Below are positions 25,509 through 37,248 of a stretch of DNA of 64,000 bases, one piece after another. Made by a program: the position numbers and the translations under genes. Source of the stretch: Schmidtea polychroa (Eukaryota); the NCBI GenBank assembly GCA_044892525.1, contig CM097888.1, forward strand, positions 15,500,001 to 15,564,000, written 5' to 3'. Position 1 is the first letter of the stretch. Each line of letters begins with the position of its first letter. The notes beneath the pieces were generated by a model, which was given only the letters and a program-made list of their open reading frames with translations, did not search any database and was not told the DNA's origin.

Positions 25509-28500
25509 TTGAAGAAGCTATTATTGGGTAAAAACCCAGAGAATAATCGAAACGAAGAAAAATTGCGGGAAAATGCGAAGAATTTAAATCATAAAATAAA
25601 AAAATAGCAAAAAATAAGAGAAATAAATAAATTAGATTAAAATAAATTGGAAGAGAAAGCAAAAAAAAGAATACATAAATAAAAACGTAAGAACCAGAGG
25701 ATAAAATAATTATTAAATTAAAAAACATCAAAATAAAAAAATAAATAAACATCCATTAAAACAAAAATTAGTAACTTGAAAATCAATAAAAAAAAGAAAA
25801 ATCAGAAATAAAGCAGAATAATGACAGTAAAATACCATATTAAAAACCGGAAGGCATTAGAGAAGTAAGATCAATGAACGTATGATGGAGAAAGCAATTG
25901 TATCAAATATGCAGTTGTGTAAAAATGAACAACTACAACATATTATGTTCACGTAATCGTATATGATTCGACTGAAAACACTAATCATAATCTCGCATTT
26001 TCGAATTCGCTGAAACTCATTTTTAATGAAAACTTTAACATAGAAGTCCAAGGTAGACTGCAACCCCTATAAGATTGAGGAAATCATAAAACGATGAAGG
26101 GACAAGAGAAAATTTGGCATCACACAGCATCGAAAAACATTTGATCTAGATCCTGTTGTTGGAACACAGCTTTTTGTAAATGATTTGATTGAAATTATAG
26201 TTCCAATGCATTCTTTTTCCTGTATTCAATCGAATCAATAAAAAGTATTCATAAGAATATGATAAGAATACTGATTATACATTAAATTTATACACATAAG
26301 TCCTAGCGCTTTAGAAGTTAACTGCGACCTCAATTACCATTATGTAGAGGTCTCAAAAACTAGATTTTGAAAAGTACACTGGTTTTTGGGTTTGGTTGAA
26401 ATTAGAAAATTGTCAAAAAGGTTTTTATCAAAATGATAATATTCAAATAGGACCCCCGGAGAATTTAATAGATTAAAACGAAATGCAAATGGTAATAATA
26501 AAAATACATTAAAATTTAAAATGAAATTAAAATAAATTTTTTCAGGAAAAAAATAAAAATATTAATATATGGGAAAATTTAAAGCACATAAACACGTCTT
26601 AAAGTGCTTTATAGAATCTTCTAGAAACGGTTAAGCTGTTTTTATCTACTAATAAAACAATGTTATTTCAAAAGAAAATAAAAATAAAACATTTGATTAA
26701 AACAAATTATTGAAAATGAAGAAATGATGTAAGTAAAATCAGAAAAATTGATTGGCATAAGAATAATAAAATAAAGTCCAATTAAAACCAATAATTATAT
26801 TTACTTTGATAAAAATGAATTTTAGAGTGATTTTATAAAGTCTTTATGAAAAGATGTTAGTTATTTCAATATCAAAGAAGAATTCTATAAAGAATACACT
26901 AGAATAAAATTGATTATTTTAAATTATTTTTCGTTGGCCTGATTTTAAAACAAAATATACGGCCTGCAAATAGTAATCGGTTTATCTGACACGGTTCACG
27001 GTGATTAAATGAAAACCTACAGAAACCAACAACAAAACTTTGTAGGAGTCCACAATAAGCAGATGGGCATCTACCGAAGTTAAAAATAGTTTATAAAGAT
27101 GTAACGAGCATGTTAGGTTATATGTTATTCGTATGTTATTGTTATTGCTAGGTTATACGTTATTCGTATGTTATAGTTATTGCTAGGTTATACGTTATTT
27201 GTTATTTAACAAGAAATTTGAAGAGCCCGAAACAGTCACCGATAAAAAAATGTGTCGGGACAATCGGGGTGAGTGTTGTGTAATGTAAATCAAAATACAA
27301 TAATAATAAACAATAATATATTATAATCAAACTTTTATCTAAACTAAATAGAAAAACCTTGAGTCCGGAGGATGAGGACAATTTGAGGACAAAAATGAGG
27401 ACAATTTGGTAATAGCAATAGGATAAGATGAAACTTCCCTGTTCAATTATAATGTTTTATTGAGATAATAATTTTGATAATCCTGAGGAAAACTCGAAGC
27501 AAATAATTCAGATTTTCTAGTTTATTCGTTCTTTGCCAATGTAAAGGTTTAAAACCTCGTTTAACTTTTATTGCTGGAGGATACTCTGGTTTATGTGGGA
27601 ATACTTTGATAATGTAATATCTTTGCTTATTCCAATAAATATTTTATTATATCTTCTTTCTTTCTTTCTTTGGTTTAATAAATTTTTAATGGACTTTTAA
27701 TATTCTAGTTTTGTTTCTAGTAGCTTCTTTCTTTCTATGGTTATTTAATTTTTAACTTTTTATTGATTTTTTAAAATTTATTATTTTTGTCATTTTCTAT
27801 AGTTTATTTTTTTTAAAAGTAAAATAAAAAACCTTCTCCACGTGCAACGTGCAGAATAGTTATTTACATTCATATCAAACGATTAACAGAACCAAAAAAA
27901 TAAAGAATTACAATACATTACAGAACAGAACACCAGAACTAATACTGAGTATGAAACTCTAAACTTAGGACTAACTCTTAAAACTTGAAAAGTGAAATTC
28001 ATAAACTCAAGCTAAAACTCTCTAACTAATTTCGTCACCGGTTCGGTCTTGTTTAGTTATCGACGATGAATAAAAGGTCTTTGTACTTGAAATCATTAAG
28101 GTTTGAGATTGAGACAACAAATGTTCCGTGTCTATGTAGGTGGCCAGATTTGTCACTTATAACAAAGATCTAAGTCTCATTAATTCCAAGTCAAGATCCT
28201 TAATCTGCAAAATTTATTGCTCCCCCATAAGTCTATGTTTAGTCTCTGTAGATAAAGTATGTATTGTGCGTATAAATGATACATATAGTAAGATTGAAAA
28301 CTATTGTTCTATCGAAACAATTTTAATAATCCAATAAATATAATCCCCATTATTTTTAAGTTAGTTTTTTGTTGGTTTAAACTTTAAAGCGTCTAGCATT
28401 ACACAAAATTTATTTAACACGCAATTATCGTGAGTAATGGCATCATGTTTCCACTTGCCTCCGAAGACATGTTTATTTAAAATTCGAAATTCAAATAATT

Positions 28501-28624
28501 AATTTTAATAATTCCTAGACCTAGTTAATTAAAATTATATAATAAAATTTTTGATTTTTATCAAATGAATAACAAAATAACAATATTTATTTCTAGGAAA
28601 CGAAAAATTTAATTTTTCTTTCAA

Positions 28625-29071
28625 TTAAAAAAAATCTTTTAATCGATAAGAATACTGTTTTTTTTCTATTGATTTTTTAATGAAATAATTCGGAAACTTA
28701 AAAATTCTTTCTTGGATATATTTAATTATTTTTGATTTGAAGGGAATTTGACTTTTCGAATTGAGTGTTTTTGGAATATTTTTATTAGATTCATTAAACA
28801 TAAGGCAGAATTCGATTGAGTATATAATAATTGTAATCCCCACTACCATTAGAAACATGTAACCGGCAATGGAGACCAATCTCCCTAAAACATATTGAGT
28901 AGAATTTTCTTCTGAATTAGGTTCTTGAACTGGATTGTCTCCATGATTTTCGATATTTACATTTGATTCCATGTTAGAATCTCGAGTGATGTCCACGTAA
29001 CTGCTTTGCTCTTGAACGACTGTCGATAAGTTTTCAGTGTCTCCAATAGCAGTTAAATTGTTTATAAGCAT
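28625..29071 (-). CDS. Hypothetical protein or terminal exon with one predicted transmembrane helix
   Basis: 148-aa ORF in AT-rich DNA with hydrophobic stretch LVSIAGYMFLMVVGITIIIYSI; possible AG acceptor near 29096. No family recognised. Confidence 0.35.
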   Translation of the reverse strand: MLINNLTAIGDTENLSTVVQEQSSYVDITRDSNMESNVNIENHGDNPVQEPNSEENSTQYVLGRLVSIAGYMFLMVVGITIIIYSIEFCLMFNESNKNIPKTLNSKSQIPFKSKIIKYIQERIFKFPNYFIKKSIEKKQYSYRLKDFF

Positions 29072-32000
29072 GCAAACATCTGGGCTGGATTGAACTAAAA
29101 TATGTAAAATGTCAAAAAAATCCTTTCGAAGCTCAATACCAGCATGAAAAAAAACAGTGAAATAAACAAATACAAACTAATCTTAATTCAAAATAGTTGA
29201 TAGTTGACAATTAAAAGTACTATAAGTTCTAAAATATGAAATTTTGAAATTAATTAAAAACTAATAATAATGAAAATAATATTAATATAATACAGTTCCT
29301 GATTTATGATATTGTTTGGGACCGACAAAATGGCGCACAATTAGAGACTAAGAATCCATACAAAAATGGGTGGTTCGGTGGCCAAGAAAAAAATATTTAT
29401 GATAATAAAAAGCAATTTTCACCATTATTTGTAAATAAAACATTTCATTTTACTCTAAATAATTTCTCTTTTTTTTAATATAAAAATTCAAAAATATTAA
29501 AATGCTGTGCAATAAAACTTAAAGCTAAGCATAATTAAAGTTATGCATATAATTCACTAACTTTTAATAACTTAAATATAAACTTTAACTTTTATTATTA
29601 AATTTAACTTTTTCAAAAAATTAATAAATTTCTATCTTCTGAATCTGCAATATTTTCATCGTTCTCACTTTTCTGGATAAAATAGCTTCTGTCGTTTTGT
29701 AGGTGTTATTATGATACTTTCTTCCTGCAAATATTTTCTGTAGGAGCAGGCGTAGTTCTGTGATTTATGAAACTTGATATCAATGAATGTATTGCCTCTG
29801 ACTTCCACATTAATAAAAATATTAACTTAATAATTAAACTTAAAATGTATTATTAAATTAATTAAATTAAAATTATTGTTTTAATATTATTTTCTTTCAA
29901 AAAAACGATATAAAAACATCATTCGACATCTCATCAAAAATCAATAAAAAATATGCCAAACATTCGAGAAGATGAACCTTTGTTTACCTAGCTATGATCT
30001 CTCTGTCGATGAGCTTGATCATCAACACCTATTCAACCAAAGAAGTTTTCATTAGAAAACTAATTCGCGATTCTAGTGATTCTATTGATAAAGTTTGTTA
30101 AGTGAGCCGGTTTGACCCATCCGTATTCGATTGCTAAAAGGAGTCAATGGACAAAGTTATTCCAGATAAAGATTCCAATACTTTCACATCGTACAATACT
30201 GGAGTCTACATGTCCAAATGCGAGTTCGTCAACAATCTCAGCACAATCGCCAGATCAGATGCTTTCGTGGGCACATTAACTGCTGGAGCAAATATTTCTA
30301 TGATCGCTTTCAATGTCGTATTCAATAAAAACTTTATGGAAATTAGTTTCGTGTCCCTACAATGAATGCTTTTTGGAGAGATCTGTCTGTTTTTTAATTT
30401 AAAGTACGGTGCTATAATTAGTAGATGGTGCACAGGATATTAAATGATTATAATTACGCACAGCTTTGAGACGAATTGAAACTCCATAAAATGGCATGTT
30501 AAGTTGATTATTGTGTTTCATTCATAACATTAACACTTTCTTAAGTAATGGACTTCTAGCATGAAATGTTTTATTAAAACAAACAGATGTACTTGCCACA
30601 ACTACATATCTTATCTTTCTTTCAATATTTTTATAGCTCGAATGGTATATTCTCCTAACGAAAAATCATTTCCAATTGGTGTTGAACCGTCACCTTTATG
30701 TAATCTATCCAAAATTAGAATTCTTGTTTCAAATTTTACTGCTTTTTTTCGACATTTCTAAAAGAATTTAGAAATTAAATAATTATTAACCAAATCTCAA
30801 ATTCGAAGCATGTCTTATATACCAATACATCATACATACATAAGATTGACGTGAAAAAGATTGCCACCTTGAGGTGAAAGACGATCAACTGGACGTAAGA
30901 CCTTCTAGTGACGCCGATAACCTGCTAGAAATCAAGGGGGAGTAGTTGTATGGCAGTCCTTTGTTAATTGCAAATATTTTGCCTGACAGCTGTTCTATGC
31001 AAATCACTTTGTAATCAATAATGATTAAGCGTAAAACAAATTTCTACCTTTTGTGTAAAAGTTCACACATATTAATTGATTTCTTAACATATTTAATTAT
31101 AATAATTATATATTACTAAATATGTATATATTTATTTATAAATTACTTAATATAGTATTTTATCTGTATTTATTAGTAATTATTTATTCTAAATATAGTA
31201 ATTACTTATTTACCTAACCTATTTATAGTAATTAATTCTAATTATAGTAATTACTAATTATTTATACTTATTATTATTATAATTATGACCCTATCCTCTA
31301 TATGGCTAATAAAATTGCTCCCAGAATGAGCCCAACCCCAACAGTTTGTTCCAAAACCAAAACTCTTCAAATAGTCTGCTTACCTTTTACCAAAACGCCA
31401 ACACCTATATTACAACAATGAATACATACTACTAGCTATAAACCGTCAAAAACGACGGTCTTTTGTTTATATATCATATTTTATATTTATTATTATTATT
31501 TTTCATCACTCTACTGACAAAGGTAAGTAGTAAGTTAAATAAAATAATAATTATATAATTACATAAAATTAATATTGTATGCACAGACATACATATTCAC
31601 TTAGATACTTAGAGATTTATATAGTTGAATAGAATATTTAGAATTTCAAGTAAGCCACTTCTAAAAGAGTATATAATGATAAAAGACACGATTATATTGT
31701 TAGGGATAGGCTCTTGGTCTTAAAATAATTTGATAGATAGATAAAATAAATAGATTCAGTATAATAAAAGAATAAAATAATTACTTAAAATAAAAATATA
31801 CATAGATAAAATACTAAAAATAGAAGTAGTATATTTATAGTAATTATAATTAATGATAATACTATAAATAGTATTTCTGTTATTACTAAAAATATAATAA
31901 ATATATATAATATAGTATAAATACTTGTTCAAAATTTGAAAAAGGGGAAACGGAAAAATAAACGAGTTTGCAAGTGAAAAAGAAAAGCCACGATTATAAT

Positions 32001-32110
32001 TATTGAAAAAGTACAAAGTACTTGTGTGTTAGAAAAGAATATAAATCGATTAATTGGAATATAGCTGTGGTAACTAAAAGATGAGAGCTAGAAATTCTGT
32101 ATAGCGTTTA

Positions 32111-33006
32111 AGTAGAGAGAAGTGTGCTCCATGACTCATCGTTTTTTGTCATTTTTTTGCACTACCCCCCCCCGATGACTCAGTGCAAAACAAAGACATA
32201 TGACTCATCGATGACTCATCCATTGCAACCGTGGTAACTGGATCAAGGTCATATGACTCACCCATAGCAACCATGGTAACTAGATCAAGGTCGCATGACT
32301 CATCCATAGCAACGGTGGTCCCCATGGCAACTAGGCCAAGGTCATTCTATTTTTAGCAACAAGGTCACATGACGTCATCGATGACTCATCAAGGTCATTC
32401 TATTTTTAGTAAATAGGTCAAGGTCATTCTATTTTTAGTAACAAGGTCACATGACTCATCATTTTTAAACAAAGACGATGACTCATCATTAAAGTACATA
32501 TGATTCATCACCGTTGATCCTGCCCGATGACTCATCATTTTTAAACAAAGAAGATGACTCATCAAGGTCATTCTATTTTTATTAACAAGGTCATATGACT
32601 CGTCATTTTTGGAACAAAGCCAACTGACTCATTATTAAAGTATGTATGACTCATCATTTTTTAAACAAAGACATTTAATCAAATATTTAAACAATGACAT
32701 GTAAACAAATATTTAAATAAATACATTTAAACAAATATTTAAACAAAGACATTTAATCAAATATTTAAACAAAGACATTTAATCAAATATTTAAGTACAT
32801 TTAAACAAAGACATATAGACAAAGACTCATCGATGACTCATAGTTTAGATAGGGGGTTTCTTTTTTTTTGCATACTCCCCCCCCCCTTGTATGACTCATC
32901 GATGACTTTTTTGAACAAAGACCAATCATTTATTTTTAAAACAAAGACTCATCACACGACTCTAATTTTTAGAACAGACTTCTTTTTTGGAAAACCAAAA
33001 TTTATT
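32111..33006 (+). repeat. Left TIR of Polinton (at least ~900 bp, runs into N gap)
   Basis: Reverse complement of 47541-48338; internal tandem subrepeats (ATGACTCATC, AAGGTCATTCTATTTTTAG, ATTTAAACAAAGAC). Confidence 0.93.
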
Positions 33007-33218
33007 NNNNNNNNNNNNNNNNNNNNNNNNNNNNNNNNNNNNNNNNNNNNNNNNNNNNNNNNNNNNNNNNNNNNNNNNNNNNNNNNNNNNNNNNNNNNNN
33101 NNNNNNNNNNNNNNNNNNNNNNNNNNNNNNNNNNNATAATAATAATTAACTTAATAATATTTATGCCAATAATAATAATAATATATCAGACAAAAGATAA
33201 TTTAAATCAATACATTTA

Positions 33219-33719
33219 TTAAACAATGAAATAATTTAAAATTAACAATGGCCATTTAAATATTGATGTACTCATATTTGCTGCCATCTTGTTTGAAATT
33301 GGTAACGTTGAATTGGTTTTCAAATTTTCTATCGATTCTTTTATTGTTCGAATTTCGAATATTATTAAATCAATCTTTCTTAACAAATGATCATGTTTCT
33401 TATCAATAATTTTCATATTCTTTTTATTTTCAACAATTGAGTTATTGAAAACCTCAATATGATCAATCAATTTAAATTTTATATTTTGTATATATTCAAA
33501 AGATAGGTCATAGCTGTTTTCTAAATTCTCCAATCTTTGGGATATTCTTTTTCCTGGATGCTTTGCCCATTTTGGTTTGTCAAGAATATAGAAAATATCC
33601 ATCAACTTGGCGGTATTTGGACAAATACATATTGATTTATTAAAAGGCTCCACCGTTATTGTTGTATTGTGTGAGCACACATTCCTTATAATAATTAGCA
33701 ATAGAAATATAGTTTTCAT
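33219..33719 (-). CDS. Polinton accessory protein: signal peptide, N-glycosylation sequons, coiled coil, hydrophobic C-terminus
   Basis: 166 aa: MKTIFLLLIIIRNVCS leader, sequons NTT, NKS, NNS, NST, NMS; heptad-like central region; tail IFKWPLLILNYFIV. Confidence 0.7.
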   Translation of the reverse strand: MKTIFLLLIIIRNVCSHNTTITVEPFNKSICICPNTAKLMDIFYILDKPKWAKHPGKRISQRLENLENSYDLSFEYIQNIKFKLIDHIEVFNNSIVENKKNMKIIDKKHDHLLRKIDLIIFEIRTIKESIENLKTNSTLPISNKMAANMSTSIFKWPLLILNYFIV

Positions 33720-33761
33720 GTTGTATCAAATCTATTATGTTTTACATTTATAGTCTATCAA

Positions 33762-33801
33762 CCAATCAGAATCATATTACACACACACAGTAGTATAAAT
33801 A
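33762..33801 (+). promoter_or_regulatory. CCAAT box and TATA box upstream of the Bcl-2-like gene
   Basis: AACCAATCAGA at 33760-33770 and TATAAATA at 33794-33801, ATG at 33831. A minus-strand TATAAAT at ~33746-33752 could serve the divergent gene. Confidence 0.55.
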
Positions 33802-33830
33802 AGACAGTATATTAAAAATTATTGTAAAAA

Positions 33831-34348
33831 ATGTCTAAATTTATTGAAAACGTCCTAAATGGACTAGTCACAGCGAATATAGTCGACAGCCTCAATTTCC
33901 TGGTCAATCGGACCGAACAAATTATTGAAGGCAACCATATCGACTACCAGAGCATGCTTGATATGGATTGTCTTGAATCAAAGAAGAATTATTTTAACAA
34001 TATATTTCAATGTCTCTGCGATGAAGACATGCAATGGACAAGAATTATTGTAGGGTTCACCTACATGAAGATAATCATTGCGAAAAGCCAACATGACTCA
34101 GAACATTATTATCAGTGGTCTTTAGAAGTAAATTTATTATTATTATTTTTATTATTATTATTTTTTAGATAATCAAATCCAAGTTTAGTCCATGGATAGA
34201 AGATAATGGCGGATGGGATACACTCAATCAACTCGCCCGCAATGCTAAAGAAACTGATGAAATCAAAAGAAAAATGAAAAACTATATTAAACTCACAACA
34301 GGAGTTGTTTTATTGTATATGTTATTTAAATATTTAAATAAATATTAA
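33831..34348 (+). CDS. Bcl-2 family protein (viral Bcl-2-like), 2 exons, 158 aa
   Basis: Exons 33831-34127 and 34169-34348 with a 41-nt GT-AG intron. BH1-like MQWTRIIVGFTY, BH2 PWIEDNGGWD, C-terminal membrane anchor LTTGVVLLYMLFKYL. Confidence 0.85.
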
Positions 34349-34390
34349 TTTTTGTTATTTTTCTTATGTATAAAAAACAAATTTTAAAAT

Positions 34391-34819
34391 TTAACATTTA
34401 TTAACACATTCACAATAGTCATCTCCACATTTCATAATATTATCAACTACATGATCTATACAATCGTTAGGTTGTTCTTGATTGTTTTCTCCATCAATTT
34501 CTTGGATGTTTTCTCCATCAATTTCTTGGATGTTTTCACTAATTTCTTGGGTGTTTTCACTAATTTCTTGGGTGTTTTCTCCATCATTTTCTCCATCAAT
34601 TTCTACATCAGTTTCTTGACTCACTTCACTTTCATCAAATCCTGAATCTTGACTTTCAACTATCCAGCCTATATTTAATGCATTTGCAACAGATAATATA
34701 TCCTCAACATTTACACCAGCTATTTCTGCCAATTTTTCCAACAAAAAGTTGATTACAATTTCTAAATAATAAATAATTCGGTAAGTTATTAATCAAAATT
34801 AACCTTTTTCTGTAGTCAT
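34391..34819 (-). CDS. Polinton accessory acidic repeat protein, 2 exons
   Basis: Exon 34819-34804 (MTTEK), 42-nt GT-AG intron, exon 34761-34391 in frame. Repeats of QEI(S/D)(G)EN and a Cys-rich tail CGDDYCECVNKC. Confidence 0.65.
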
Positions 34820-34971
34820 TTTTATTAACACTTTTAAACTATAATGTAAGTTTGTTTATAGAATGTCTTTGTTAAATTTGCATTACTGTTGCATTAATAT
34901 TAATAAAATAAATAAGATTAAATACATTAAATACATTTATTAAAATACATTATATACATTTATTAAATACA

Positions 34972-35379
34972 TTAAAATAGTTGTGAAAGCCTAGCAGACA
35001 TAATTTTCCAAATTGGAGAATACACATCATTATTATCGACTTTATATCCTTGGATTGCAATTGTTATATACCAATTTTCGTTTTCTTTGAAACTGATTTC
35101 ATCAAAGGCATCATAAAATTTTGCATATCGGTTGTTGAACCATGCATTTTGATTACATGATAGATTTGAATTCAACCGTTTGAAAACTTCATCTATGGTT
35201 TTAACATCTACCATTGAAAGCGTGCCGGATAAGAATTGAAATTGAGTTGGAATTAACTTGACCGGTGCAACCAATTTCATATTGATTTCTTCTTTTAAAA
35301 AATACATTTTGTAGTTGTGGAACATTTGAACAGGCTGAACAAGTTCATCTTTCGGTTTTTCAGTGCATTTCTTGACCAT
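34972..35379 (-). CDS. Polinton accessory protein, possible OB-fold ssDNA-binding protein
   Basis: 135-aa intact ORF with its own TATAAAA (35414-35420) and CCAAT (35442). Beta-rich C-terminus YITIAIQGYKVDNNDVYSPIWKI; function is inference only. Confidence 0.65.
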   Translation of the reverse strand: MVKKCTEKPKDELVQPVQMFHNYKMYFLKEEINMKLVAPVKLIPTQFQFLSGTLSMVDVKTIDEVFKRLNSNLSCNQNAWFNNRYAKFYDAFDEISFKENENWYITIAIQGYKVDNNDVYSPIWKIMSARLSQLF

Positions 35380-35675
35380 CGTGAATTATGATTAAAATGA
35401 AATGGTACAGGGTTTTTATACCTTCAAAATAAATGGAACAACCAATCAGATTAAAGTTTAAATTACATCAATGTTGCACATGCTTTGCATTTGTATTGCA
35501 CATGTCTTTGTTTAAATTGCATCAATGTTGCACATGGTTTGCATTAATGTGTCTTTGTTTAAATTGCATTAATGTTGCACATGTATGATTATTATTATTA
35601 TTATTTTTGGTCATCAATATATAAAAAAAAAAAACAAAATACATAAAAAATATTTATTAATTTAAATCAACAATC

Positions 35676-35873
35676 CTAGAATAAGTTTCTAAGTGTTTTT
35701 ACTAAATTCCATTCTACATATCGCTGATAACGACCAACTGCATCCAATGATACATGGATATTCCATTTCTTTCTGCATTCTGTCGATCTACTCATTGGAA
35801 TTGATTTAATATATCGAACATCCAGATTCTTGTATACCAAATCTGGTATAATCTCTGGATCCCTGTCCTTCAT
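35676..35873 (-). CDS. Small hypothetical Polinton ORF, possibly disrupted
   Basis: 65-aa ORF between two accessory genes on the same strand. An upstream 41-nt intron-like stretch (35920-35960) does not give a clean in-frame model. Confidence 0.35.
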   Translation of the reverse strand: MKDRDPEIIPDLVYKNLDVRYIKSIPMSRSTECRKKWNIHVSLDAVGRYQRYVEWNLVKTLRNLF

Positions 35874-36057
35874 TCAATTGAGGATAGAAATACTTGAGGC
35901 AATCATTTGGAATATTCATCTATAAAATATATAAAAAATATATATAAATTAAAAATTTACCGTAATTATCGATCTCAGACATTGATTTTGCCGCGCTAGT
36001 ATTAATGACATCTAAACAGTTAATATTATTATTATTAACCAATTAGAAATTAACCAA

Positions 36058-36495
36058 TTAGAAATCGACCAATGAATTTAACTCATTCCGAACATTGTTA
36101 ACAAATTCCCTATAGTCTAAATTTCTCAACCCAAGCATGACAACCTTTCCACTTGAAAACACATTGACACATATAGGGTTATATTTTAATAGTCTTAATG
36201 CCGGAAACAATTCCGGTTCAAACATACAATCACATTTTCTCGATATTTTGTATAAATTGATAGTATGTCCCATATCCATAGTAACGGTAATTGATTGAAT
36301 TTTAATATTATTGATTCGATATTGTAATTTATTAATATCCAATGGTTCCTTACATCCCATAATTCTGCATTTGCCAGTCTTGAAAAATATTATCGGATAT
36401 TTCCCGCTTCTATCGACAATTTGCTGTGGTTTTCCTGGTGGGAACCTCATTTTTGAAACATCAAAATTTCCTCGATAATTTATATTTGCAAGCAT
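36058..36495 (-). CDS. TATA-binding protein (TBP)-like protein encoded by the Polinton
   Basis: 145 aa, two half-repeats: IIFFKTGKCRIMGCK (cf. LIFxSGKMVCTGAK) and FEPELFPAL...VNVFSSGKVVMLG (cf. YEPELFPGL...LLIFVSGKVVLTG). Confidence 0.85.
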   Translation of the reverse strand: MLANINYRGNFDVSKMRFPPGKPQQIVDRSGKYPIIFFKTGKCRIMGCKEPLDINKLQYRINNIKIQSITVTMDMGHTINLYKISRKCDCMFEPELFPALRLLKYNPICVNVFSSGKVVMLGLRNLDYREFVNNVRNELNSLVDF

Positions 36496-36603
36496 AATTA
36501 AATCATTTATGAAATTTTACTCTTTATATACAACTTTAGCAAGAGTTCATTAAAATCATCTAATATAAACAATAACTAGATATTTTAAAATTAAAAATAA
36601 AAA

Positions 36604-37227
36604 ATGCAATTAAGAAATGATGCAGTATACCAAATCGTTGGCCCGAGTGGTAGCGGGAAAACATTGTTTGTTTGTAAATTATTACAATCAAAATTATTCA
36701 AGTCAAAATTTAATAAAATTTATTGGCATAGGGGAGCTGATGATGAAAGCGGAATGACACAAGATCAGTTTTGTAAAATCAAAATGACAATCATAAAAGG
36801 GTTCGATAAAAACTGGTCATCTAGATTACGACAGGGTGATGTGATTATTATTGATGATTTATATCAAGAAGCAAATAAAGAAAAGGATTTTAATAATTTG
36901 TTTACAAAAATTAGTAGACATAAAGGTGTCACTGTAATTTTTATCACTCAAAATCTTTTTCATCAAGGTGGATCTCACCGAACTCGTAATTTGAATGTTC
37001 AATATTTAGTTGTTTTCAAAAATCCGAGAGATGCTACAGTGATTGACTTTCTTGCAAGGCAAGCATATCCAAATAATCGAAATTTCTTAATGAATGCATT
37101 TGTCGATGCAACAAAATCCCCACATGGATATATTTTTCTAGATTTTACACAACAGTGTCCTGATGAATTACGAGTAAGAACAGATATATTTAACAAGGAA
37201 GGAGCTATAGTATATAAACAAAGATAA
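36604..37227 (+). CDS. Genome packaging ATPase (A32/FtsK-like)
   Basis: Walker A GPSGSGKT, Walker B IIIDD, RHKGVTVIFITQN and N..YLVVFKNPRD motifs. Confidence 0.95.
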   Translation: MQLRNDAVYQIVGPSGSGKTLFVCKLLQSKLFKSKFNKIYWHRGADDESGMTQDQFCKIKMTIIKGFDKNWSSRLRQGDVIIIDDLYQEANKEKDFNNLFTKISRHKGVTVIFITQNLFHQGGSHRTRNLNVQYLVVFKNPRDATVIDFLARQAYPNNRNFLMNAFVDATKSPHGYIFLDFTQQCPDELRVRTDIFNKEGAIVYKQR

Positions 37228-37248
37228 AACCAAAATAAATTATCAATC

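Noticed and set aside
30147-30433. ORFs 30147-30365 and 30206-30433
   Set aside because: Short, overlapping on opposite strands, no motif or splice support.
32111-33006. Repeat arrays as a CRISPR locus
   Set aside because: Eukaryotic context, irregular spacing, no unique spacers or cas genes; the repeats are TIR subrepeats.
32833-33222. ORF across the left TIR; likewise ORFs at 46834-47577
   Set aside because: Open only because of N runs.
35676-36011. TGA-as-Trp recoding to rescue a spliced ORF
   Set aside because: All other genes use TGA as a normal stop, and the rescued frame has no recognisable motif.
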